A DNA stretch of 64,000 bases from Synechococcus sp. (GCA_047285535.1 JBJBDC010000001.1:2688136-2752135); one strand, 5' to 3'. Counted from the stretch's first letter, positions 1-11,477 are shown. Notes: a model not told the origin generated them from the sequence alone. Numbers and translations are program-made.

Positions 1-2178
1 GCACGCTGTGCGCTGTAACATCCAGCGGTCGAGCAAAGGCAAATCACTGATGCCAATGGCATCACGGCTTGGATTGAAATCGTGCAGATTCCCTAGCAAG
101 TAGCGAGAAGTGTTGCGCACCTTGCGATAGACGTCGGATAGCTGTCGAAGGATGCCAGCACCGATTGGTACGTCAGCCGAGTAATCCACTGAGCTCACCC
201 AGAGCCTCAGTACGTCTGCGCCGTAGGCAGGTTCTTGTTTTTGATTTTTTCCGCCTTCGATGATCACCATCGGGTCGACGACATTGCCAAGTGATTTGCT
301 CATCTTTCGGCCTTTTTCATCGAGGGCAAAGCCGTGGGTGAGCACGGTCCGATAGGGAGCTGCACCGTTGACTGCTACTGAGGTCAGTAGGGATGACTGA
401 AACCAGCCGCGATGCTGATCCGATCCTTCTAGGTAAAGATCTGCGGGATAGCGGAGGTTCTCTTGTTGGCTCGACACGGCGGACCAGCTGGAGCCGGAAT
501 CGAACCACACATCCATGGTGTCGGTGCCCTTACGCCAAAGATGTGCTTCTGCTTTGTGGCTGGATGGAAGGAGATCAACCTCATCTTTCTCCCACCAAAT
601 GTCGGCTCCATGGTCAGCGATCAGCTTTTTGACATGGGCGATTGACTGGGCATTGAGCAGAACTTCGCCCGTCTCTCGCTGGTAAAAGACGGGAATAGGG
701 ACACCCCAGGTTCGCTGACGGGAGATACACCAGTCGCCCCTTTCGGAGACCATGGATTCAATCCGGTTGCGGCCGGATGCCGGCAACCACTGGACTCCAT
801 CAATAGCGGTGAGTGCTTCAGTTCGGAAACCTTCGACTGAGGCAAACCACTGCTCTGTGGCCCTGAAAATGGTTGGTTTTTTGGTTCGCCAATCGTAGGG
901 ATAACGATGGCTGTAGTTTTCCTCAAGGAGCAGCGAACCGGAGTCTTTGAGTGCAGCGATGATCGCTGGATTGGCGTCCTTGAGCACGTTGAAGCCCTCG
1001 AAGGGTCCGGCTTCAGCGGTCATGGTGCCTTCTTCGTTCACCGGGCAAAGAATGGGCAAGCCATGTTTTCGGCCGGTGTTGAAATCATCCACGCCATGTC
1101 CAGGAGCGGTGTGGACCAAGCCGGTACCTGACTCCGTGGTGATGTACTCCCCACCTACGACGACGGCACTTTGGCGCTCCAGCAAAGGATGGCTGTAGGT
1201 GATGCCAGCAAGATCGCCCCCTTTAACAGTGGCTTTGGCTTGAAGGGAGCGCTGCAATTTGGTGGCGATGGAGTCGCATAGGTCTGCAGCCACGATCAGT
1301 AGTTGGCCGGTGCCGTCATCCGCGAGGCAGTAGTCGAGGCGATCGTTCACGGAGATCGCAAGGTTGGCGGGCAGCGTCCAGGGGGTGGTGGTCCAGATCG
1401 CGACCTTTAGGCATTGACTCAATGCGCTGCCGTCCGCGGGAAGATCCAATCCCTGTTCGTTGAGCTTATTTCGCAGGGCCTCGGGTAGTTCGACAACGGG
1501 AAACCCCACATAGACACTTGGGCTGGTGTGTCCGTCGGGATATTCGAGCTCGGCTTCTGCTAGGGCGGTGCGTGAACTGGGGCTCCAGTGCACTGGTTTA
1601 AGACCTCGGTAGATGTGACCTTTCAGCGCCATCGTTCCGAAGACGTCGATCTGTGCGGCTTCGTAGTCCTTCTGAAGTGTGAGATACGGGTGATCCCAGT
1701 CAGCCCAAATGCCCCAGCGCTTGAAGCCTGCCATTTGTTGTTCAACTTGCTTTCGGGCGTATGCGGCAGCCTTTTTGCGTAACTTGATCGGCGTGAGTGA
1801 TTGGCGCTGCTCCTGATTCATGGCCTGGAGCACCTTGAGCTCAATCGGAAGGCCATGACAGTCCCAGCCTGGAACGAAACGCACCTTTCGCCCCTGCATG
1901 AGTCGGTGTTTGTTGATGATGTCTTTCAGCACCTTGTTGAGGGCATGACCCATGTGCAAGGCGCCATTGGCATAGGGGGGGCCGTCATGCAGGGTGAAGA
2001 TCGGGCCGGGATTCTGTCGTCCCAGTTCCAGATCGATCCCTTTCTCTTTCCAGAAGGCTTGGAGATCCGGTTCGCGGCGGGTGGCATTGGCACGCATGCC
2101 AAACCCCGTCTCCAGCAGGTTGAGGGTGTCTTTGTAAGACGGACGCTTCTCAGCCTCCTGGCCTGTCTGCTGGGTCAA
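1..2178 (-). CDS. ileS: Isoleucyl-tRNA synthetase (5' part; runs off the left edge of the window)
   Basis: Manual minus-strand translation from TTG at 2178 gives [32 protein letters not shown], then [19 protein letters not shown] (HIGH-type motif) and [10 protein letters not shown] (KMSKS). Absent from the ORF track because the stop lies outside the window. Confidence 0.97.
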   Translation of the reverse strand, partial: MTQQTGQEAEKRPSYKDTLNLLETGFGMRANATRREPDLQAFWKEKGIDLELGRQNPGPIFTLHDGPPYANGALHMGHALNKVLKDIINKHRLMQGRKVRFVPGWDCHGLPIELKVLQAMNQEQRQSLTPIKLRKKAAAYARKQVEQQMAGFKRWGIWADWDHPYLTLQKDYEAAQIDVFGTMALKGHIYRGLKPVHWSPSSRTALAEAELEYPDGHTSPSVYVGFPVVELPEALRNKLNEQGLDLPADGSALSQCLKVAIWTTTPWTLPANLAISVNDRLDYCLADDGTGQLLIVAADLCDSIATKLQRSLQAKATVKGGDLAGITYSHPLLERQSAVVVGGEYITTESGTGLVHTAPGHGVDDFNTGRKHGLPILCPVNEEGTMTAEAGPFEGFNVLKDANPAIIAALKDSGSLLLEENYSHRYPYDWRTKKPTIFRATEQWFASVEGFRTEALTAIDGVQWLPASGRNRIESMVSERGDWCISRQRTWGVPIPVFYQRETGEVLLNAQSIAHVKKLIADHGADIWWEKDEVDLLPSSHKAEAHLWRKGTDTMDVWFDSGSSWSAVSSQQENLRYPADLYLEGSDQHRGWFQSSLLTSVAVNGAAPYRTVLTHGFALDEKGRKMSKSLGNVVDPMVIIEGGKNQKQEPAYGADVLRLWVSSVDYSADVPIGAGILRQLSDVYRKVRNTSRYLLGNLHDFNPSRDAIGISDLPLLDRWMLQRTAC

Positions 2179-2203
2179 GTTGGCGCTGCAGCAAAGGGGA
2201 TTA

Positions 2204-3013
2204 TCAGTCTTCGTCGGTGCGGGTGGCGTCAGCGTTGTGGGGAGTGGAGTCTGTTTCAGTGTCTGTACTGCTTTCTGAGCTGTTGGTTGGGATCGTGTTC
2301 GTCTCACTGACTTCGCTCTTATGGTCGTCGTTCTTGGACGCGTCGTTGTTCGACGTTGAACGAGATCCACTGGTTGTCAGTATTTCGTCTTGGCTCTCGG
2401 GACGTAACGTGCTTGCAGTCGACTGTTCTGTTCTGTCGGGATTGGTCGTTTTTTCGTCGGACGACTCTGCTGTTGATTGAGCATCCTGGCTTTCGATAGG
2501 TCTGTCGGCTGTCACGAGGGCTTGGACGAGGTGGTCTTCGTCGTCTTCTTTGTCCTCATTGCTGCTTTGTCGATCAACGTCAGGGGCTGTGGATGTTTCC
2601 TCAGGGCGCACCCAACGTTTATTGCTTCCTGTTTTGGCCGCTGGCTTCAGGCTCTTGAGAGTCTCAGTTGTGGCGCTAACAAGGCTGGCGAAAATAATTT
2701 TTAATTGCTGGATGCTCGTGGCCCAGCGTTCACGAGAGCTCAGCCTTTGTCGCTCTTCATCGCTGAGTTGATGCCAGCGCGCCTGACCAACTTCCGCCCC
2801 TAGTCGGCTGATCAGCAAACCAGCGCAGGCCACGCCCAGCATGGGAGCACCCCGCAACCGGTCACTGCTCGTGATGAGGACCAGACCAAGCATGAGGACA
2901 ACGGCTCCCCAGGCACCATCGCGTGGGCGACTGAGCTCTGTGGCTAGCAGTGGAAGCAGCAAAACCGCAAGACCCACCAGCAAGCAGATGTCTCCAGTAA
3001 GAGTGGCCAGCAT
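2204..3013 (-). CDS. ycf66: Ycf66 family membrane protein with long acidic, Ser/Thr-rich C-terminal tail
   Basis: N-terminal hydrophobic segments and ELSRPRD / LRGAPMLG motifs typical of picocyanobacterial Ycf66; low-complexity C-terminus. Confidence 0.75.
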   Translation of the reverse strand: MLATLTGDICLLVGLAVLLLPLLATELSRPRDGAWGAVVLMLGLVLITSSDRLRGAPMLGVACAGLLISRLGAEVGQARWHQLSDEERQRLSSRERWATSIQQLKIIFASLVSATTETLKSLKPAAKTGSNKRWVRPEETSTAPDVDRQSSNEDKEDDEDHLVQALVTADRPIESQDAQSTAESSDEKTTNPDRTEQSTASTLRPESQDEILTTSGSRSTSNNDASKNDDHKSEVSETNTIPTNSSESSTDTETDSTPHNADATRTDED

Positions 3014-3071
3014 CGATCTGTGGAGGCTCGAAGTTGTCTACATTCTGGGTCGATGTATAAAATTCGTTCTT

Positions 3072-3153
3072 GCCCATCTGGCGGAATTGGTAGACGCGCT
3101 GGTTTTAGGTACCAGTGACTTCGGTTGTGCGAGTTCAAGTCTCGCGGTGGGCA
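3072..3153 (+). tRNA. trnL: tRNA-Leu (anticodon TAG)
   Basis: Acceptor stem GCCCATC/GGTGGGC plus A; D-loop GGAATTGGTAGAC; anticodon arm CTGGT-TTTAGGT-ACCAG; long variable arm; T-loop GTTCAAGT. Confidence 0.97.
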
Positions 3154-3421
3154 TGTAACTGATTCCGATCATTGAGTGACTATCGATAGGCCTGGCTGAT
3201 TGAAACGCCTCCTTTTGTCTTGGTGGGTCCAGGGCGACTGTGCTTCTTGCTTCTCTTCTGTTGAGAGATGAAAAATCTTTTTACTTGATTTATTAATTGT
3301 AGTCAAATCAGGCTTTAATTCAACAGCTTGTCAGATTGATGGCTTAGTTGTTGACATAAAGTATGCCAATTTGCCCGTTTAGTCTTGATTGTTTTGATGG
3401 TTGGCTAGAGCCTGAATGGCG

Positions 3422-3565
3422 TTATTTTTTGTGCTCTGATCTCTGGGTGCTGGACGATTCAGGACGTTCGACGACTCCTCCGGTCTCTTCGCTGAGTTGA
3501 GTGTTGACCATCTGTACGCCTACAGCCAGTATTCCAAGTAAGCCAAGTAGAGCAAAAATCCACAT
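3422..3565 (-). CDS. Putative 47-aa single-pass membrane protein (below the ORF-track cutoff)
   Basis: Manual translation MWIFALLGLLGILAVGVQMVNTQLSEETGGVVERPESSSTQRSEHKK*: hydrophobic N-terminal helix and polar tail. Confidence 0.45.
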   Translation of the reverse strand: MWIFALLGLLGILAVGVQMVNTQLSEETGGVVERPESSSTQRSEHKK

Positions 3566-3862
3566 GTTGAGTCAGGGTGTAGGAGTTGGTTAACGGTGAA
3601 ACAGAGTGAGTCAGTAAGTCCAAACGGCACATTGCATGCTTCTCATTATTGAATATTTGTGCTTGTGTAAAAAGACTTAAAAGGAAATCTTGAGCTGAAT
3701 CAAGGCTCATCAGAGCTCTACGCTGCCTTGAAAAGGGTGTGCATCTCTTTTGATTTGATCTATGGTCAGTCGTGTGTTGCTTAGGGCTGCAAGTCTCGAG
3801 GTCAGCATTCCCTTGCCTAGATTGGCAAAACTCGCTGGTCCAGGCGGCATAAGAACCTTGTA

Positions 3863-4882
3863 ATGACTCAGGCACTGGCACAACCGGAGACTGCGGGATC
3901 GTCACCTCGACTTCGCTCAGTGCCTAAGGAGTTTTTAGACCCTCCTTCTGCTTGGAATCCCACGGTTGCTCTGTTCTTAGGTGGCTATGGGTTGGCGGCT
4001 TTGTCGATATGGGGCTGGTTTTTTGGTGGCTGGCCGCTGCCATTGCTTTTGATTTGTGGCTTCTTGGCCCTGCATTTGGAGGGGACCGTCGTTCACGATG
4101 CCTGTCATAAAGCCGCTCATCCTGTCCCTTGGCTCAACCAGGCGATGGGGCATGGATCTGCGTTGTTGTTGGGATTTAGTTTCCCTGTGTTCACTCGGGT
4201 GCATCTGCAGCATCACTCTCATGTCAATGATCCCAAGAATGATCCGGATCACATTGTTAGTACATTCGGGCCTCTCTGGTTAATTGCGCCAAGGTTTTTT
4301 TATCACGAGTTTTTCTTTTTTCAGCGCAAGCTTTGGAAACCCTGGGAGCTGATGCAGTGGGGATTTGAGCGGTCAGTTTTTTTTACGGTCATTGTTGCAG
4401 CGATTCGTTTTGATTTTTTGCCATTCATATTTAATTGTTGGTTTGCGCCCGCCCTGATGGTCGGTGTCACCTTGGGATTGTTTTTTGATTACCTGCCCCA
4501 TCGTCCATTCTTGTCAAGAAATCGTTGGCAGAATGCGCGTGTTTATCCCGGCCGAACCATGAATTGGTTGATTATGGGGCAAAATTATCATTTGGTACAC
4601 CATCTTTGGCCTTCCATCCCTTGGTTTGAGTACAAACCAGCCTATGAAGCGACCAAGCCTCTTCTTGATGCTAAGGATTCGCCTCAGAGGCTTGGGATCT
4701 TTGAAACTCGTTCTGATGTTATTAATTTTCTCTATGACATTCTGATTGGAGTTCGTAGTCACAAACCTAGAGGAAGCAAAATGAGGCCGATTGCGAAACT
4801 TCTGCCAAGTCGGCGTATGCGTCGAGCTTGGCTCTCTCTACTTCGCCGCACCGCCGTAACTCCTGCGCGGCAGAATTATTGA
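3863..4882 (+). CDS. crtR: Beta-carotene hydroxylase (fatty-acid-desaturase superfamily)
   Basis: His boxes HDACH, RVHLQHH and HLVHH; WNPTVALF N-terminal motif of cyanobacterial CrtR. Confidence 0.93.
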   Translation: MTQALAQPETAGSSPRLRSVPKEFLDPPSAWNPTVALFLGGYGLAALSIWGWFFGGWPLPLLLICGFLALHLEGTVVHDACHKAAHPVPWLNQAMGHGSALLLGFSFPVFTRVHLQHHSHVNDPKNDPDHIVSTFGPLWLIAPRFFYHEFFFFQRKLWKPWELMQWGFERSVFFTVIVAAIRFDFLPFIFNCWFAPALMVGVTLGLFFDYLPHRPFLSRNRWQNARVYPGRTMNWLIMGQNYHLVHHLWPSIPWFEYKPAYEATKPLLDAKDSPQRLGIFETRSDVINFLYDILIGVRSHKPRGSKMRPIAKLLPSRRMRRAWLSLLRRTAVTPARQNY

Positions 4883-4929
4883 TTGGGTCATGATGGCTAA
4901 TGATTGATCTCGTTGATGCTTTTTAGGAA

Positions 4930-5217
4930 TTAAATAATTTTTGGGACTCGGAAGAAGTCGCCTTCCCGTTGAGGTGCTTGGTCCAATATTTCCTGGCGAA
5001 CATCTGTGGGGACCACGGTGTCCTCTCGAGTTGCATTGATCACTTCCACTGCACGTGTGGTGGGTGGAATTCCCTCGGTATCAACTGCCTGGAGTTGATC
5101 CACATAATCAAGAATTCTCTCAAGCTGTCCTGTATAGGTGGCGATGGTCTCTTCCGGTAAATCAAGGCGGGCAAGCTTGGCCACCTTGCGTACATCGTCA
5201 GCGTTGATTTTGCTCAT
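4930..5217 (-). CDS. gatC: Asp/Glu-tRNA amidotransferase subunit C
   Basis: [10 protein letters not shown] and FFRVPKI motifs. Confidence 0.96.
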   Translation of the reverse strand: MSKINADDVRKVAKLARLDLPEETIATYTGQLERILDYVDQLQAVDTEGIPPTTRAVEVINATREDTVVPTDVRQEILDQAPQREGDFFRVPKII

Positions 5218-6002
5218 GCGGCGCAGAGGAAGGTTTCAAGATCTTCGCGCAGTGACGTTACGGCTGTATCCAGCAACTGGGCTCCATGCTCTGGCTTCGC
5301 GAGAAATGGATCCGAGCCCATCCGGCCATCGGGATAGCGACGGCGAAAATCGGCTGGGCCGTGAATGGCTCCGCATGGGGCTGGTTCAGGTAGGGGCCTT
5401 TGCTTGGCAATCAGGCTGTCGTGAAGGTGGAGAGTCACGGCGATTTCGCTGGGGGTGGCGTGTTGGCCTTCACGATCGCCATACAGCTCTCGTGCTTGGC
5501 GCATCACAGGCCCTGCCATAAACCAGTTCGAGAGTCTGCAGCGCAGTTTGGAAGCCACCGGAAGTCCTCTGCTGGCGGCCGTTCCATAGGCCTGGGCAAA
5601 GGCTGCTTTGGTCGTGGCCATGTTGCCTCCATGGCCATTCACTACATAGATTCGCTCGAACCCATGGGTGGCCAAGGACAACACAAGGTCATGCATGACC
5701 GCCATCAAGGTGGCCGGCTGAAGACTCATCGTGCCCGGGAACCCTAGATGGTGTTCGGCCATGCCATAGGCCTGAGCTGGCGTAACCAGCACTCCACTGC
5801 AGCGACCTAGCTCCAGTGCCACCGCTTCTGCGGTGATGGCATCAGTCCCAATGGCACCGGTGGGTCCGTGCTGTTCGGTGGAGCCCAAAGGGATGATGAT
5901 CCCTTGGCAGCATTTCAAGTAGGTCTCAACATCAGGCCAACTCTGGAGAGTCAAACGAATGGCTTCGGTGTTGGCTGCTGGGCCAGGCAGGGTGGCGGTC
6001 AT
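5214..6002 (-). CDS. Creatininase/amidohydrolase family protein
   Basis: [23 protein letters not shown] and HA..SE metal-binding motifs. Confidence 0.9.
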   Translation of the reverse strand: MTATLPGPAANTEAIRLTLQSWPDVETYLKCCQGIIIPLGSTEQHGPTGAIGTDAITAEAVALELGRCSGVLVTPAQAYGMAEHHLGFPGTMSLQPATLMAVMHDLVLSLATHGFERIYVVNGHGGNMATTKAAFAQAYGTAASRGLPVASKLRCRLSNWFMAGPVMRQARELYGDREGQHATPSEIAVTLHLHDSLIAKQRPLPEPAPCGAIHGPADFRRRYPDGRMGSDPFLAKPEHGAQLLDTAVTSLREDLETFLCAA

Positions 6003-6043
6003 GCCATCTCGATCATTGGCTTGATGATCGCTCAGCTCGCGCC

Positions 6044-6187
6044 TTAGTGCGCTGAGCCGTTGCCGTCGTACTTATCTGTGTTGTAGTACCCGCCTCTGGT
6101 GCCGAAGTAGAAGGTGGCGAGTACAAACAGACCGCTGCCGAAGACCAAGACGGTCCCAAGATTGAATCCAGAGAGAGCTGCGTCCAT
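6044..6187 (-). CDS. ndhP: NDH-1L small subunit NdhP (47 aa)
   Basis: Single TM helix followed by FGTRGGYYNTDKYDGNGSAH, matching the NdhP C-terminal signature (FGT.NGFY.TD.Y.GNG.AH). Likely ATG at 6187. Confidence 0.88.
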   Translation of the reverse strand: MDAALSGFNLGTVLVFGSGLFVLATFYFGTRGGYYNTDKYDGNGSAH

Positions 6188-6274
6188 GCTTGGCCGATGA
6201 AGGATCCAATCATGACAAGCTTCTGAGCTGTCAATCAACTTGATGGGCTGATCATCACAGCCGAGGCAGTTGTG

Positions 6275-7006
6275 TTATGGAATGATCTCGCTGCCGTCGC
6301 CTTGAACATCAAGCCAATCGCGTAACCAGTCAGTGAGCCAGATGAAGGGAAGGGTGTCAGCCAAAGCCGCCACAGCTTTGAACAGATACCCGCTGGCAAT
6401 AAATGCGCCCAGCTGGGGCAGTACCGCTTCCCCAGCTCGGATGGGCAGCACATGAGCGGCGTAGTGGCTGATGAACACTACGGCACTGGTGTCCACCAAT
6501 TGGCTGATTAGGGTAGATCCATTGTTGCGGAGCCAGAGGGCTTTGCCATTGGTACGTGCTTTCCAGAAATGGAACAAACGCACATCCACGAATTGGGCTG
6601 TGAGGTAGGCCACCATCGAAGCTCCGACGGACCCGAAAGCCAAGTGTTGAATCTCGAAAAATGTTGACTCGGGTGCGCCTTCGAGGCCAGGCATGAGGCC
6701 TCCAATCCACAGAATCAACACCACCCAACCATTGAGTAAGAGACCCACCCACACCACCTGGGTGGCTTTCTCCTCTCCCCACAGCTCACTAATTAAATCC
6801 GTGCACAGAAAGGTGACCGGATAGGGAAGGGCACCAACAGCTACCACGATAGGCCAGGATCCAATGTGGCCCAGGGCCAGGAATCGGGTCAGCCCGAGAA
6901 TGTTGAGCATTCCCAGCGTGCCGAGGAAGAGTCCTGCCAGCACCAGAAATGCCAGGTCTCGCCTGGCCTTGATCTTGTCTGTTGTGGTTGTTGGTGATGC
7001 CGACAT
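6275..7006 (-). CDS. Queuosine precursor transporter (YhhQ/Vut_1 family)
   Basis: Multi-TM protein with YPVTFLCTDLISELWG, AYLTAQFVDV and WLRNNGST.ISQLVDT motifs. Likely start MSASPTT at 7006. Confidence 0.88.
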   Translation of the reverse strand: MSASPTTTTDKIKARRDLAFLVLAGLFLGTLGMLNILGLTRFLALGHIGSWPIVVAVGALPYPVTFLCTDLISELWGEEKATQVVWVGLLLNGWVVLILWIGGLMPGLEGAPESTFFEIQHLAFGSVGASMVAYLTAQFVDVRLFHFWKARTNGKALWLRNNGSTLISQLVDTSAVVFISHYAAHVLPIRAGEAVLPQLGAFIASGYLFKAVAALADTLPFIWLTDWLRDWLDVQGDGSEIIP

Positions 7007-7482
7007 GGATGTGTCGTGAACATGGCATGTATTGGCGCAAGAGAGTGAATCGAGTCGCCATCTTTTGTGACCTTTTGGATGAAAGGATTGTTTCGTTAGC
7101 ACCAGCCAGAATGATGTTGTCTTACTGAAGATGGCCGCTGTTCGCAAACAGCGAATTGAACAACGGTCTGGGTTGGTCTGTCGTGAAATCCCATCATCTC
7201 ACTAGCAATGGCATGAGTCACTTGAAGACATCCTCAGCAGTATTGGTTGCTCAAACAGATGAGGAATGGCGAGAACCTTGCTGGTGTAGCTGATCGCTGC
7301 CTCTGTCAAAACAAGGGAAGCTTTCTTCTTTTCAGAGGCATCGATGCTCTGGTGGCTGCTTTAGGGTTTGAGCGAAATGTGTAGAAAGAGTTGAAAAGAT
7401 TCGCGGTGATCAGTCTGAGCTTGCGTTGACAGAGTTATGAGAAAAGGAGTGTTGAGACGTCATCCCAATCGGCACTTATTAC

Positions 7483-8109
7483 CTGCAAGCCCAAGAGTGT
7501 CCAGCCCTCCCTCAAAGCTTCTTTTGCCGAGCGGCGGCGGTGGTGGGTCCTGACCTGGTGGGCTGCAGGTTGGTGAGACGCCAACCCAATGGTGAGTTGC
7601 TTTGGGGGGTGATTGTGGAAACGGAGGCGTATTCCCAGGAGGAGCCCGCGTGCCACGGCTACCGCAGGCGCTCACCTCAGAACGAAACGCTTTTTGGAGA
7701 GCCTGGTCGTTTCTATGTGTATGTGAGCTATGGCATCCACCACTGCGTGAATGTGGTCACCGATCGCCCCGAATGGGCGAATGGAGTGTTGCTTCGCGCA
7801 GTAGCGCTTCCTGACGAACCAGTGCGGGTGGCGGCGGGTCCTGGTTTGCTCTCGCGGCGCTTTGAAATCAGCCGTTGTCATGACAACACCTCGGCTTGTG
7901 GTGAGAATGAATTGTGGTTGGCCCCTCGGCCTGCCGTTCTCAACAGCCTTGAGTTTGTGACCACCACGCGGATCGGAATTTCTCAGGCGCAGGATTTGCC
8001 CTGGCGTTGGTACTTAAAGGCCTCACGCAGTGTTAGTCGGCGTGCCCGTGGTGATCGTCTTCCCACATGGGATGAGGCTTTGATCCCAACGCAGGAGTGG
8101 TTGCAATGA
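7483..8109 (+). CDS. mpg: DNA-3-methyladenine glycosylase (MPG/AAG family); start uncertain
   Basis: [31 protein letters not shown] and RIGIS motifs. The frame stays open upstream of GTG 7540 through [10 protein letters not shown], so a non-ATG start (CTG 7483) is proposed. Confidence 0.9.
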   Translation: MQAQECPALPQSFFCRAAAVVGPDLVGCRLVRRQPNGELLWGVIVETEAYSQEEPACHGYRRRSPQNETLFGEPGRFYVYVSYGIHHCVNVVTDRPEWANGVLLRAVALPDEPVRVAAGPGLLSRRFEISRCHDNTSACGENELWLAPRPAVLNSLEFVTTTRIGISQAQDLPWRWYLKASRSVSRRARGDRLPTWDEALIPTQEWLQ

Positions 8110-9155
8110 GTGCCTGGTCGCACCGGCATGTGCTCGATTTGGCCTCTTTCTCACGCGATGACCTCTCGATCGTGATGGAGCTTGCGCATCGTTTTCGCTC
8201 GATGCCCGTTACGGGTGCGCGCAAATTGCCGGCATTGCAGGGGCGATTGGTGGCCACCCTGTTTTTTGAGCCCAGCACGCGTACGCGCAGCAGTTTTGAA
8301 TTAGCCGCAAAGAGGTTATCCGCTGATGTTCAGAGTTTTTCTCCCTCTAGCAGCTCCCTCAGCAAAGGAGAATCGCTGCTGGATACAGCACGCACCTATG
8401 TAGCCATGGGAGCTGATGTGTTGGTCATCCGTCACCGCTGCACGGATGTACCGGCTCAGTTGGCTGCAGAGTTAGATCAGGCTGGAGAGCGAACCGTTGT
8501 GCTGAATGGTGGTGATGGTCAGCACAGCCACCCCAGTCAGGGATTGCTTGATCTTTATACCCTTGCGCATCATTTTGAACATCGCCATCCTCAGCCCAAT
8601 GCTTTGCAGGGCAAACGCATTGTGATTGTGGGCGATGTTCTGCATTCACGCGTGGCTCGCTCCAACCTATGGGCGCTCAGTGCTTGTGGAGCTGATGTGG
8701 TGCTTTGCGGGCCAGCAAGTCTGGTCCCGGATGCGTTTGCTGCCTTTTTGGATGCCCCTCCGAGAGGGCAAGATGTTGATCCCGTTCATCAACGTGGAAC
8801 GGTTCAGATCAGCCGATGTCTTGATGATTGTCTTTCTGGCGCTGATGCAGTGATGACCTTGCGTTTGCAGAAAGAGCGCATGACTGATCATCTACTCACG
8901 GATCTCAACCGTTATCACCGTGACTATGGGCTGACGCATGAGCGCCTGCGCCGCTGTGGATGTGCCATTCCTGTGCTCCATCCAGGCCCCGTGAATCGAG
9001 GCGTTGAAATGAGCGGCGCCCTTTTGGATGACCGCTCGATCTGCTTGGTGGAGGATCAGGTCAGGAATGGAATCCCAATTCGCATGGCGTTGCTCTATTT
9101 GATGGCAGCTTCAGAGCCCGTGGTGGAATCAGCCAGTAACTCGGCATCTTCCTGA
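8106..9155 (+). CDS. pyrB: Aspartate carbamoyltransferase catalytic subunit
   Basis: [28 protein letters not shown] and HPGPVNRG motifs. Confidence 0.97.
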   Translation: MSAWSHRHVLDLASFSRDDLSIVMELAHRFRSMPVTGARKLPALQGRLVATLFFEPSTRTRSSFELAAKRLSADVQSFSPSSSSLSKGESLLDTARTYVAMGADVLVIRHRCTDVPAQLAAELDQAGERTVVLNGGDGQHSHPSQGLLDLYTLAHHFEHRHPQPNALQGKRIVIVGDVLHSRVARSNLWALSACGADVVLCGPASLVPDAFAAFLDAPPRGQDVDPVHQRGTVQISRCLDDCLSGADAVMTLRLQKERMTDHLLTDLNRYHRDYGLTHERLRRCGCAIPVLHPGPVNRGVEMSGALLDDRSICLVEDQVRNGIPIRMALLYLMAASEPVVESASNSASS

Positions 9156-10609
9156 GCAGAAAGACCTGATATGGCATTGGAGTAGTAATCCATTGCTGCT
9201 CTTAAAGCAGCGTCTGGTGAGGCAATCGATGGACTGTTAGCCGTATTCATTGGGAATGGGGCATCTGGTGCATCAAGGCCAATGTGCTGACTTGGCATTC
9301 CAGTGAGCAACATGGAGGCTCTTTTCTGTGAGACCACAGCGAACATCCATTTGATGATTAGCGACCAACGATTTTCACGTTCGGGCATGAAGGCTAAATG
9401 GGCAACGGCCCAAAGGATCCAGCCAGGAGTTCCAGAAAATTTGAAGCCGCGCAGATCAGCCACTGCCGCAACCCGATCCAGTACCGCCATGCTGCCGAAG
9501 TCGAACCATTTGAAGGTCGGCCGGGTGCTTCCATTGATCATCGCGGCAATGTCTTTGCCGACAAAGCCTCCGGCTTGTGTTGCCGGGCCTGCCATGCCGG
9601 GTAGGGGATTGCCATTGGCTGTGTGTTTGAAGCTGCAGAGGTCTCCGACAACCCGAATCTCGGGATGGTCTTTGACGCTGAAGTCGGGTTCGACAATCAC
9701 CCGTCCGCGACGATCTAATTCACAATTGATTGAATCTGCAAGGGTTTTCCCTAGATGAGAGGGGCGAACTCCTGCTGTCCAGATCACTGTTGCAGCTTGA
9801 ATTGTCTTGTCTCCATCTGGAGTGCTAACGGTGACTTCTCCAGGCTGCATGCGTTGAACGCGACCTTTGAACAGGGTTTCCACCCCAAGCGTCTCCAGGG
9901 TCTTTTGAGCAGAGACCGACAACGACTCAGGCATCGCTCGCAACAAGCGATCACCCGGGTCGATCACAATGATTCGAGTGTCATCAGGGTTGAGCTGTTT
10001 GAACTCGCGTCGCATGGCGTTGCGCATCAATTCAGATGAGGCCCCCGCCATTTCGCAGCCTGTAGCCCCACCTCCCACAATCACGACAGTCTGAAGGAAT
10101 TTGCGCGAGGCTGGATCTGGTGTTTGTTCCGCTTGTTCCATCGCCATCAGCAAGCGACGGCGAATTTCTTCGGCGTGCTCAAGGATTTTCATTGGAGGCG
10201 CGAAGGGACGCCATTCTTCATGGCCGAAATACGTACTACCTGATCCAGTTGCGAGTACTAAATGGTCATAGGTCAAAGCCTTGCCACCAAAAACAATTTG
10301 TCTTTTATTGGCATCCAGTCCGGTGACTTCACCAAGCAAGACTTGAACATTCTGCTGCTTGCCAACGAGCTGCCGCAGTGGTGTCGAGACATCCCCACTT
10401 GAGACCAGGCCTGTCGCTACTTGATAAAGGAGAGGTTGAAACAGGTTGAAGTTGCGCTTGTCGATCAAGGTGACGCGCACATCTGACTTTGCAAGAGCTT
10501 TGCAGGCTCGCACTCCCGCAAAGCCGCCACCCACAATCACAACATGTGGGGCATCGCGAAGACGTTCCTCGGGCGGTTCGAGCTCGAGAAAGAAATGATC
10601 AGCAGCCAT
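9095..10609 (-). CDS. ndbA: Type II NADH dehydrogenase (FAD-dependent)
   Basis: [21 protein letters not shown], second Rossmann motif [19 protein letters not shown]. Confidence 0.9.
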   Translation of the reverse strand: MAADHFFLELEPPEERLRDAPHVVIVGGGFAGVRACKALAKSDVRVTLIDKRNFNLFQPLLYQVATGLVSSGDVSTPLRQLVGKQQNVQVLLGEVTGLDANKRQIVFGGKALTYDHLVLATGSGSTYFGHEEWRPFAPPMKILEHAEEIRRRLLMAMEQAEQTPDPASRKFLQTVVIVGGGATGCEMAGASSELMRNAMRREFKQLNPDDTRIIVIDPGDRLLRAMPESLSVSAQKTLETLGVETLFKGRVQRMQPGEVTVSTPDGDKTIQAATVIWTAGVRPSHLGKTLADSINCELDRRGRVIVEPDFSVKDHPEIRVVGDLCSFKHTANGNPLPGMAGPATQAGGFVGKDIAAMINGSTRPTFKWFDFGSMAVLDRVAAVADLRGFKFSGTPGWILWAVAHLAFMPERENRWSLIIKWMFAVVSQKRASMLLTGMPSQHIGLDAPDAPFPMNTANSPSIASPDAALRAAMDYYSNAISGLSAQEDAELLADSTTGSEAAIK

Positions 10610-10678
10610 GTCCCAACCAACACAGATCTGTTCTAAGGGTATGGATTCCGTTCGAGATTGTCTTTGTTTGTGAGTTCT

Positions 10679-11020
10679 TTAAAGCAACTTGAACCCCTCC
10701 AGCAAGAGCCCATAGAGCAGACCGATGCGTGTCATGTCCAGCAAGTCTCGTCCCAGATGTGGTCGTTGATTTTCAGCCCAATGTCTCCTGGTTCTCACCA
10801 TGAGTTCCCAGATGCTCACAGTGATCAAAGCTGCCACTGGATCCATCAAATTTAAAGCGCCCGCAACGGCTCCGATGGTGTTGCCAAAAGCGAAACTTGC
10901 TCCTAGCGCAATCAACATCAAGGAGGCTTTCCTCCAAGGATTAATGGCCCACTGATCCAGTCTTGAGGTGGCTTCCCCGAAGCTTGTCTGAAGTTTGGTC
11001 TTCTGCAATCGAGAGGTCAT
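10679..11020 (-). CDS. ycf20: Ycf20 / DUF565 membrane protein
   Basis: LQ.T.L, NPWR and GLLYGLLLEGFKL motifs. Confidence 0.85.
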   Translation of the reverse strand: MTSRLQKTKLQTSFGEATSRLDQWAINPWRKASLMLIALGASFAFGNTIGAVAGALNLMDPVAALITVSIWELMVRTRRHWAENQRPHLGRDLLDMTRIGLLYGLLLEGFKLL

Positions 11021-11223
11021 TGATCAACCTCCTCCAGACGAATAGATGTCAGGCTGACCACCGATCGATCCCCATCTCCCGGCCGGCATCCTGCCTAATA
11101 ATTAATACCTTGAAAATCCAATTTACTTGTATCGAATGAACATTTTTTAGCATTTCCTGTTGAAGCGTCATAGCCCCTCCTGCCCAGCTTTTGCATCATC
11201 GTCACTCTGGGGTGGGATGCAAT

Positions 11224-11424
11224 TCAATCAGAATCAGCTTTGGCTTTTCGAGATGATTTGCCTTCTAACAGCTCGAGGAGGGCTTCCATCTGTGCCATGA
11301 CGCCCCTTACTTCACCTGCTTCAGGCAAGAGCCCGTCTTCCATCACGCCTTGGTGCATTTCTCTTAACTCTTGGCGGATGTAGCGCAGGTGGCTCACCAC
11401 CTGTTCTCGTTTTGATTGAGACAT
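11224..11424 (-). CDS. Hypothetical 66-aa helical protein
   Basis: Clean ORF with amphipathic helical pattern (SHLRYIRQELREMHQG..GEVRGVMAQMEALLELLE); a hairpin follows the stop. Confidence 0.75.
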   Translation of the reverse strand: MSQSKREQVVSHLRYIRQELREMHQGVMEDGLLPEAGEVRGVMAQMEALLELLEGKSSRKAKADSD

Positions 11425-11477
11425 CGTACGGGGTGTTCGCTGACCTCCCTTTTACCGCATGGACGTTCCCTGTGTCG

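Noticed and set aside
1801..2310. 169-aa plus-strand ORF and other short ORFs within 317-1782
   Set aside because: Shadow frames of ileS, which occupies 1-2178 on the minus strand.
3459..3905. 148-aa minus-strand ORF overlapping the crtR start
   Set aside because: Overlaps crtR head-to-head and has random-looking composition; the 47-aa ORF in another frame is more plausible.
7007..7200. preQ1 riboswitch upstream of the queuosine-precursor transporter
   Set aside because: No recognisable preQ1 stem-loop with A-rich tail by eye; cmscan would be needed.
7213..7293. 26-aa ORF MSHLKTSSAVLVAQTDEEWREPCWCS
   Set aside because: Too short, with no ribosome-binding site or family support.
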